Part shown: positions 58,851 to 64,000 of the stretch, piece after piece
Layout of the letters: each line of letters begins with the position of its first letter
Numbering within the stretch: the first letter of the stretch is position 1
Notes under the pieces: model-generated
Databases searched by the model: none
What the model saw: only the letters and a program-made list of their open reading frames with translations
What the model was told of the DNA's origin: nothing
From: an uncultured Chryseobacterium sp.
Lineage (GTDB): Bacteria > Bacteroidota > Bacteroidia > Flavobacteriales_D > Sanyastnellaceae
Assembly: GCA_964385405.1 (NCBI GenBank)
Contig: CAYLOT010000002.1
Span: 62,168-126,167 of the forward strand
Direction of reading: 5' to 3'
Length of the DNA: 64,000 nt
Made by a program: the position numbers and the translations under genes

Positions 58851-60035
58851 ATGAAAAGGGTCGTAGTAGGGTTGTCTGGCGGTGTAGATTCTGCAGTAAC
58901 CGCGCACTTGCTTATTGAGCAAGGGTACGAGGTGATTGGCGTGTTTATGCGCAACTGGCACGACGAGTCTGTTGTAATTAACAACGAATGCCCTTGGATT
59001 ACCGATTCGAACGACGCGATGCTTGTAGCAGAGCACTTAGGAATTCCCTTCCACGTATTAGATCTTAGCGTTGAATACCGCGAGCGCATTGTTGAATACA
59101 TGTTTCGTGAATACGAGTTGGGAAGAACCCCGAATCCAGATGTCCTCTGCAACAGAGAAATAAAATTCGATGTTTTTTTGAAGGCAGCTGAACAACTCAA
59201 GGCCGACTTCGTAGCTACCGGACATTACGTTCGTAAATCTGAAACAACAGAAAGCGGGATTGCTCACTACCATTTGCTATCGGGTGCAGATGGAAACAAG
59301 GACCAAAGCTATTTTTTGTGTCAATTGAATCAAGCCCAATTGAGCAAAGCCCTTTTTCCAATTGGAGAATTAACCAAACCGGAAGTAAGAAAAATTGCGG
59401 CCGAGTTGCAACTTCCTAACGCAGAGAAAAAAGATTCTCAAGGACTATGCTTCATTGGGAAGGTAAAACTTCCTGTTTTCCTTCAACAACAATTAGCTCC
59501 TAAGAAAGGTAGAGTCTTGCGAATAAAAGAGGAATACCTTCCACAGTTGAATGAATTGGTTGAAGAAACTTCAGTGGATCCTCGAGTGCTTTCTCGTCCT
59601 CAAGTGTTTTCTCCTGAAATGTGCGACGATGTAGGTGAACACAACGGAGCTCACTATTACACGGTTGGCCAAAGAAGGGGATTGGGTATTGGCGGACAGG
59701 CCGTTCCGTTGTTCGTGGTTGCCATTGATGTGGAAAAAAACCTTGTCTATTCTGCTCAAGGCGAGACCCATCCGGCCTTAGCGCGCAGAGGTCTCGCCAT
59801 TCGAAACGAAGAGGCGCATTGGATTCAAGAGAACCTTAAGCCCGCTCAAGGACATGCTTTAGAGGTTGAATGCCGCATACGTTATCGACAGCCCTTATTC
59901 AAAGCTACTGTTTCGGTAGGAAGTGAATTTACATACGTTATTTTTCACGAAACCCAGTATGGGGTTGCGAAAGGACAGTTTGCTGCGTTCTATATTGGCG
60001 AAGAGTTAATCGGTAGCGGAGCCATCTTCGAATAG
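58851..60035 (+). CDS. mnmA: tRNA 2-thiouridine(34) synthase
   Basis: PP-loop VVVGLSGGVDSAV and conserved MnmA core. 394 aa. Confidence 0.9.
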   Translation: MKRVVVGLSGGVDSAVTAHLLIEQGYEVIGVFMRNWHDESVVINNECPWITDSNDAMLVAEHLGIPFHVLDLSVEYRERIVEYMFREYELGRTPNPDVLCNREIKFDVFLKAAEQLKADFVATGHYVRKSETTESGIAHYHLLSGADGNKDQSYFLCQLNQAQLSKALFPIGELTKPEVRKIAAELQLPNAEKKDSQGLCFIGKVKLPVFLQQQLAPKKGRVLRIKEEYLPQLNELVEETSVDPRVLSRPQVFSPEMCDDVGEHNGAHYYTVGQRRGLGIGGQAVPLFVVAIDVEKNLVYSAQGETHPALARRGLAIRNEEAHWIQENLKPAQGHALEVECRIRYRQPLFKATVSVGSEFTYVIFHETQYGVAKGQFAAFYIGEELIGSGAIFE

Positions 60036-60134
60036 GCACTTTTTCAACATTTCCAAGAATAGGCAACTTTTTTCTTCTCATTAATGTCTGATTTGCAACG
60101 AGTCAACATAAATTCGTAACACTAATCCCAAACT

Positions 60135-62078
60135 ATGAAACACATTTTACGTTCTGTTTTTGTTGCTTTACTTTTCGCAGCGGGCTTTGTTGTCAAAGCG
60201 CAAATTGATACCACTTGCACCCAAGTGTCATTTTCATTGACCGGCGGTACTTTTGCAGGCGAAGTAAGCTTCAATATTGTAAATTCAGCTGGAGCAACTG
60301 TGGCTACGGGCACTCCGACTACCACGCCAACAGGCGTTTGGTGTCTACCCAATGACTGCTACATGGTTCAAATGTGGGATTCTTTCGGAGACGGTTGGAA
60401 CGGAGCTGCATTGACCGTATCGGTTAGCAATACCGAGTCTTATATTTTCACATTCACGCAAGGAATGAGCGCCCTAGATCATTTCGGCGTAGGGGTAGAT
60501 TCATGCGGAACAGTAGCAGTTCCTGGTTGCATGGATCCATCTGCTTCAAATTACAATCCGTTGGCTACCGTAAATGTCGGCTGTTCTTATGAAGGTTGCA
60601 CTGACGTTACTGCAACAAATTACAACGCACAAGCGACGATTGACGATGGATCTTGTACCTATTGCAATGGGGTTGGTAGCATAAACGCTTCTTTGTATAT
60701 CTGCACGTTTTCAAATGGCGCACAAGTTTCTTTGTCAATTCAAAATTCTGCTGGAGAAACTATCTGGACTTCTCCAACTTTGGGTAATGTAGCAATTTAC
60801 AACACGAATATTTGTCTTCAAGCGGGAGAGTGTTATACCGCAGTAATGACAAATAGCGCTGGATTAACCGGTTGGTACAATGGGTACTTCTGGATCAACA
60901 ACGGTCAGGGTCAGGTGATACACACAGGTCTTGCAGACAATCAAACAACACAATCGGTATTATTCAGTTTGGACGGAACATGCGGTGAGGTTTTCGGCTG
61001 CACCAATGCTTTGGCTTCAAACTACAACCCTGCTGCAACAATTGATGATGGTTCTTGTATCCTCGCTTATGGTTGCACCGATTCAACGGCTTACAACTTT
61101 GATCCGACAGCTGTTGTTGACGATGGTTCATGTTTCACAGGTTGTACTACCGGTAACACAGTAGTCGTTTCTTTCAACCCCGGAATGTTCGCGAATGAAT
61201 CAATGTACACCATTACAGACGCGTCTGGAGCAATGCTTATGCAAAGCACAGTGAACGTGGCCAATGCAAACAACATGGCCTACGGTTGTCTTACAGATAA
61301 TTGTTATACCTTGAATATGTTCGATTCTTTCGGAGACGGATGGGATGGCGGTGCTACTTCCGGTATTGTAATCAATGTGAATGGCGCAAATCTGGTGAGT
61401 ACAGACATGGCAACAGGAAACTACCAATCGATGGTTTTCGGAATCAATACCGAGTGTTCTGTTGATACAGTGCTTTGTTCAACCGATATTGAGCTGATTC
61501 CAGATTCTTTGGTTGAAATGGAAAATGCAGTTATGATTTTCTGGAATGAAGATATTACTAACGCTGAAATCGGAGCAGTAATGTGGGACTTTGGAAATGG
61601 AATTACTTCGAATGATTTTTACCCAGTTTATTTCTATGATTCAATTGGAACATATACCGTTTGTGTGAATGTGACTTACTTAAACGGTTGTGTGGCTACA
61701 GATTGCATAATATTCACAATGGACGCAAACGGTGTATCTGGCCCGGGCGGAGCTCAAATGAACGGATTCTGGTTGAACACAACAGGAACTTATCCGAATG
61801 CTGTGAACGAGTTAACTTCTGCACAAACTTCAGTAAGCATGTTCCCAAATCCAACTTACGGAAATGTAGCGGTGAAGGCTTCACAATTGAACCCAAGTGA
61901 AAATACAATTGTTCGAATTTATTCAATCGATGGAAAAGAAGTTTATGCAAATAACTTCGGTAACGGAGCGGTTAACAATACTTTCCAATTGAATGTTTCT
62001 GAATTGAGCAACGGATATTATTTCTTGTCACTTCAAAATGGCAATCAAATTCAACGTGTTCCATTCGTGAAAGAATAG
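60135..62078 (+). CDS. modular secreted protein with T9SS type-A (Por_Secre_tail) C-terminal domain
   Basis: Signal peptide. Three about 100-aa modules each contain (M/F)xDSFGDGW(N/D)G-type cores, joined by Cys-linkers GCTDxxAxNYNxxAxxDDGSC (four copies). C-terminal MFPNPTYGNVAVKA...GYYFLSLQNGNQ matches the T9SS CTD. Confidence 0.8.
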   Translation: MKHILRSVFVALLFAAGFVVKAQIDTTCTQVSFSLTGGTFAGEVSFNIVNSAGATVATGTPTTTPTGVWCLPNDCYMVQMWDSFGDGWNGAALTVSVSNTESYIFTFTQGMSALDHFGVGVDSCGTVAVPGCMDPSASNYNPLATVNVGCSYEGCTDVTATNYNAQATIDDGSCTYCNGVGSINASLYICTFSNGAQVSLSIQNSAGETIWTSPTLGNVAIYNTNICLQAGECYTAVMTNSAGLTGWYNGYFWINNGQGQVIHTGLADNQTTQSVLFSLDGTCGEVFGCTNALASNYNPAATIDDGSCILAYGCTDSTAYNFDPTAVVDDGSCFTGCTTGNTVVVSFNPGMFANESMYTITDASGAMLMQSTVNVANANNMAYGCLTDNCYTLNMFDSFGDGWDGGATSGIVINVNGANLVSTDMATGNYQSMVFGINTECSVDTVLCSTDIELIPDSLVEMENAVMIFWNEDITNAEIGAVMWDFGNGITSNDFYPVYFYDSIGTYTVCVNVTYLNGCVATDCIIFTMDANGVSGPGGAQMNGFWLNTTGTYPNAVNELTSAQTSVSMFPNPTYGNVAVKASQLNPSENTIVRIYSIDGKEVYANNFGNGAVNNTFQLNVSELSNGYYFLSLQNGNQIQRVPFVKE

Positions 62079-62100
62079 GTTGATTATTCCCTTACGAAGA

Positions 62101-62131
62101 AAAGAGCTGTCACATGACAGCTCTTTTTTTT
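62101..62131 (+). terminator. rho-independent terminator
   Basis: aaagagctgtca-cat-gacagctct followed by T9. Confidence 0.75.
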
Positions 62132-62174
62132 ATCTTTACGGAAAAGGAATCCTCCAAATAAAAATAGGTGCTCT

Positions 62175-62531
62175 ATGAATAAGTTTGTTTCTTCAATAAT
62201 GGTTTTGACTTTTGTAACAATCGCGTTTGTGAGTTGCGATAAATATCAAAAGGGATATGATTGCACTGGAAATATACCAACTTACAACAACGATATTAAA
62301 GCCATTTACGATGCGAATTGCGCTACATCGGGTTGTCACAATTCGCAATATCATTCTTCGGGAATAGATTTAAGCACCTACAGTGGAGCGGCGGCAGCAA
62401 ACAACGACGCCATCTTAGGTTCGGTAGAACACGACGCCGGTTACAGCGCAATGCCTCAGAACGGCACCAAATTAACAGACGTTCAAATCAAGAAAATCTA
62501 CTGCTGGATGAGGAATAACAAGCCATTGTAG
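62175..62531 (+). CDS. small lipoprotein, hypothetical
   Basis: Lipobox FVSCDK. Contains C-x4-CH (CATSGCHNS) and a C-terminal conserved W. 118 aa. Confidence 0.5.
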   Translation: MNKFVSSIMVLTFVTIAFVSCDKYQKGYDCTGNIPTYNNDIKAIYDANCATSGCHNSQYHSSGIDLSTYSGAAAANNDAILGSVEHDAGYSAMPQNGTKLTDVQIKKIYCWMRNNKPL

Positions 62532-62576
62532 GCCTGTGAATTTCCGAAACGCTTCATTCGTGCGTATCTTTGCCGC

Positions 62577-63884
62577 ATGAGTTATACTATTGTTATTGTT
62601 GGAAGGCCGAATGTGGGGAAGTCAACGTTATTTAATCGTCTTACTGAAACTTCAGATGCCATTGTTGAACCAACGGCAGGCGTAACCCGTGACCGCAAGT
62701 ATGGAACAGGTCAATGGGGAACCAAAGAATTTATTGTTGTAGATACAGGTGGGGTAGTAACGAACAGCGACGATGCCTTCGAACAAGACATTAACAGTCA
62801 GGTACGTTTAGCCATTGCCGAAGCAGACAAGATCTTGTTCATGGTAGATGTGAAAGAAGGATTAACCGAGTGGGACGAAGAGATTGCAGATATGTTGCGT
62901 CGTGCAAACAAGCCGGTGGTATTGGTTTGTAATAAAGTAGACACTTCCGATAAAGAAATATTAGCCACTGAATTTTACGCGTTAGGTTTTGGAGAAAAGT
63001 TGTTCAGCATTAGTGCCAACAACGGGTATGGATCAGGAGATTTGTTAGATGAGTTGCTACAGGATATGCCTGAGAACGATGAGTCAGATTTGCCAGATCT
63101 TCCGAAGATTGCCATTGTTGGAAGACCTAACGTAGGCAAGTCTTCGTTGTTGAATACACTTTTGGGAAATGATCGCAGCATTGTTTCCGATGTTGCAGGA
63201 ACCACCAGAGATGCGGTCCACACGCACTTCAAGGCCTTCAACAAAGAATTGATGTTGATTGATACGGCAGGATTGCGCAAACGCAAACAGATTGAAGACG
63301 ACATTGAATTCTTCAGTGCCATTCGTACAATCAAGTCTATTCGAAATTCAGATGTGTGCATGTTGCTCATAGATGCAACAGAGGGAATAACCAAGCAAGA
63401 CTTAACCATTTTTGGTGAAGTAACAGAGGCCAATAAAGGAATTGTCATATTGGTGAATAAATGGGACATGGTGGAAAAAGACCACAAGAGTGCCGATTTA
63501 ATGACCGAAGAGATTCACAAACGAATTGCACCTTTCACCGATGTGCCTATCATATATACTTCGAACGTAACAAAGCAGCGTATTTTGAAAGCCTTGGAAG
63601 CGGCTGTAGAGGTTTATGAAAACCGTTTGCAACATTTCCCAACTTCTAAGCTGAATGATATTATGTTGCCTATTATTCAGGCATATCCTCCGCCCATTGT
63701 AAAAGGAAAAGAGGTGAAGATTAAATTCGTTACGCAGCTTCCAACGAAGAGTCCGGCCATTGCGTTTTTCTGCAATACTCCTCAGAACGTCGTGTCGTCT
63801 TACCAACGCTTCTTAGAGAACAAACTCCGCGAGAACTTCCGTTTAACGGGGGTTCCGGTGAGGCTGTACTTCCGTCAGAAATAA
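62577..63884 (+). CDS. der: ribosome-biogenesis GTPase Der (EngA)
   Basis: Two tandem GTPase domains (GRPNVGKSTLFN; GRPNVGKSSLLN) and a C-terminal KH-like domain. Confidence 0.9.
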   Translation: MSYTIVIVGRPNVGKSTLFNRLTETSDAIVEPTAGVTRDRKYGTGQWGTKEFIVVDTGGVVTNSDDAFEQDINSQVRLAIAEADKILFMVDVKEGLTEWDEEIADMLRRANKPVVLVCNKVDTSDKEILATEFYALGFGEKLFSISANNGYGSGDLLDELLQDMPENDESDLPDLPKIAIVGRPNVGKSSLLNTLLGNDRSIVSDVAGTTRDAVHTHFKAFNKELMLIDTAGLRKRKQIEDDIEFFSAIRTIKSIRNSDVCMLLIDATEGITKQDLTIFGEVTEANKGIVILVNKWDMVEKDHKSADLMTEEIHKRIAPFTDVPIIYTSNVTKQRILKALEAAVEVYENRLQHFPTSKLNDIMLPIIQAYPPPIVKGKEVKIKFVTQLPTKSPAIAFFCNTPQNVVSSYQRFLENKLRENFRLTGVPVRLYFRQK

Positions 63885-63885
63885 A

Positions 63886-64000
63886 GTGCGAAGCACGAGG
63901 GTCTTTGACGAAGGTTGCAAGCAACGAGGGCAACTTCGTTGCGAGGGCGAATTGCTTCGCGAGGGTTTTCAACGAGGGCAACTTCGTTGCGAGGGCGAAT
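63886..64000. repeat. tandem hairpin-containing repeat (48-bp period) truncated by window end
   Basis: Identical 30-mers aacgagggcaacttcgttgcgagggcgaat sit at 63923-63952 and 63971-64000. Each contains the hairpin gcaac-ttc-gttgc flanked by direct cgaggg. A degenerate partial copy lies at 63886-63922. Confidence 0.6.

Noticed and set aside
63886-64000. CRISPR array interpretation of the terminal repeats
   Set aside because: The unique sequence between the two identical 30-mers is only 18 bp, far shorter than real spacers. Only two perfect copies are visible. No cas genes are present anywhere in the 64 kb. A REP-like tandem element is more likely, though the array is truncated so this cannot be excluded.

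Overview
This 64 kb window looks like a chromosomal segment from a gliding-type Bacteroidota genome (Flavobacteriia, Cytophagia or Sphingobacteriia-like). The evidence is about 43% GC, tightly packed genes, both T9SS C-terminal sorting-domain types (type A at 60135-62078, type B at 53214-56744), an ECF sigma/anti-sigma pair, and Bacteroidetes-style promoter boxes (TTG / TAnnTTTG). Most of it is housekeeping: eno, dnaN, der, mnmA, mtaB, lpxB, surE, fabD, nth, two thiolases, a two-component system, LOG, YaaA, a deoxynucleoside kinase and a CapD-like sugar dehydratase. I saw no CRISPR-cas, integrase, transposase, restriction-modification or toxin-antitoxin genes. The ORF track has no RNA genes, but I found a tmRNA (ssrA) on the minus strand at about 41881-42274. 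It has a G3-U70 acceptor, a GGTTCGAAC T-loop, the tag reading frame ...DNNSYALAA* and an upstream TTG-N20-TAATTTTG promoter, and three listed ORFs overlapping it are spurious. The most unusual stretch is 34642-38575. It begins with a 660 bp AT-rich non-coding gap carrying a T22-G-A9 homopolymer. It is followed by a compact AT-rich cluster encoding a TerB-like zinc-ribbon protein, an SPFH (Band_7_1-like) protein fused to a GYF-like domain, a bacterial PH-domain protein, a second GYF-like protein and a small membrane protein. Next comes a translationally coupled acyltransferase / class-III aminotransferase / SDR operon that ends at a bidirectional terminator abutting the tmRNA 3' end. Other notable items are a Cys/Lys-rich repeat secreted peptide, a 1488-aa secreted protein of unknown function, a modular T9SS cargo protein, an endonuclease III homolog lacking the Fe-S cysteines, and a hairpin-containing tandem repeat cut by the window edge. 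All domain assignments come from reading motifs by eye; I ran no searches.
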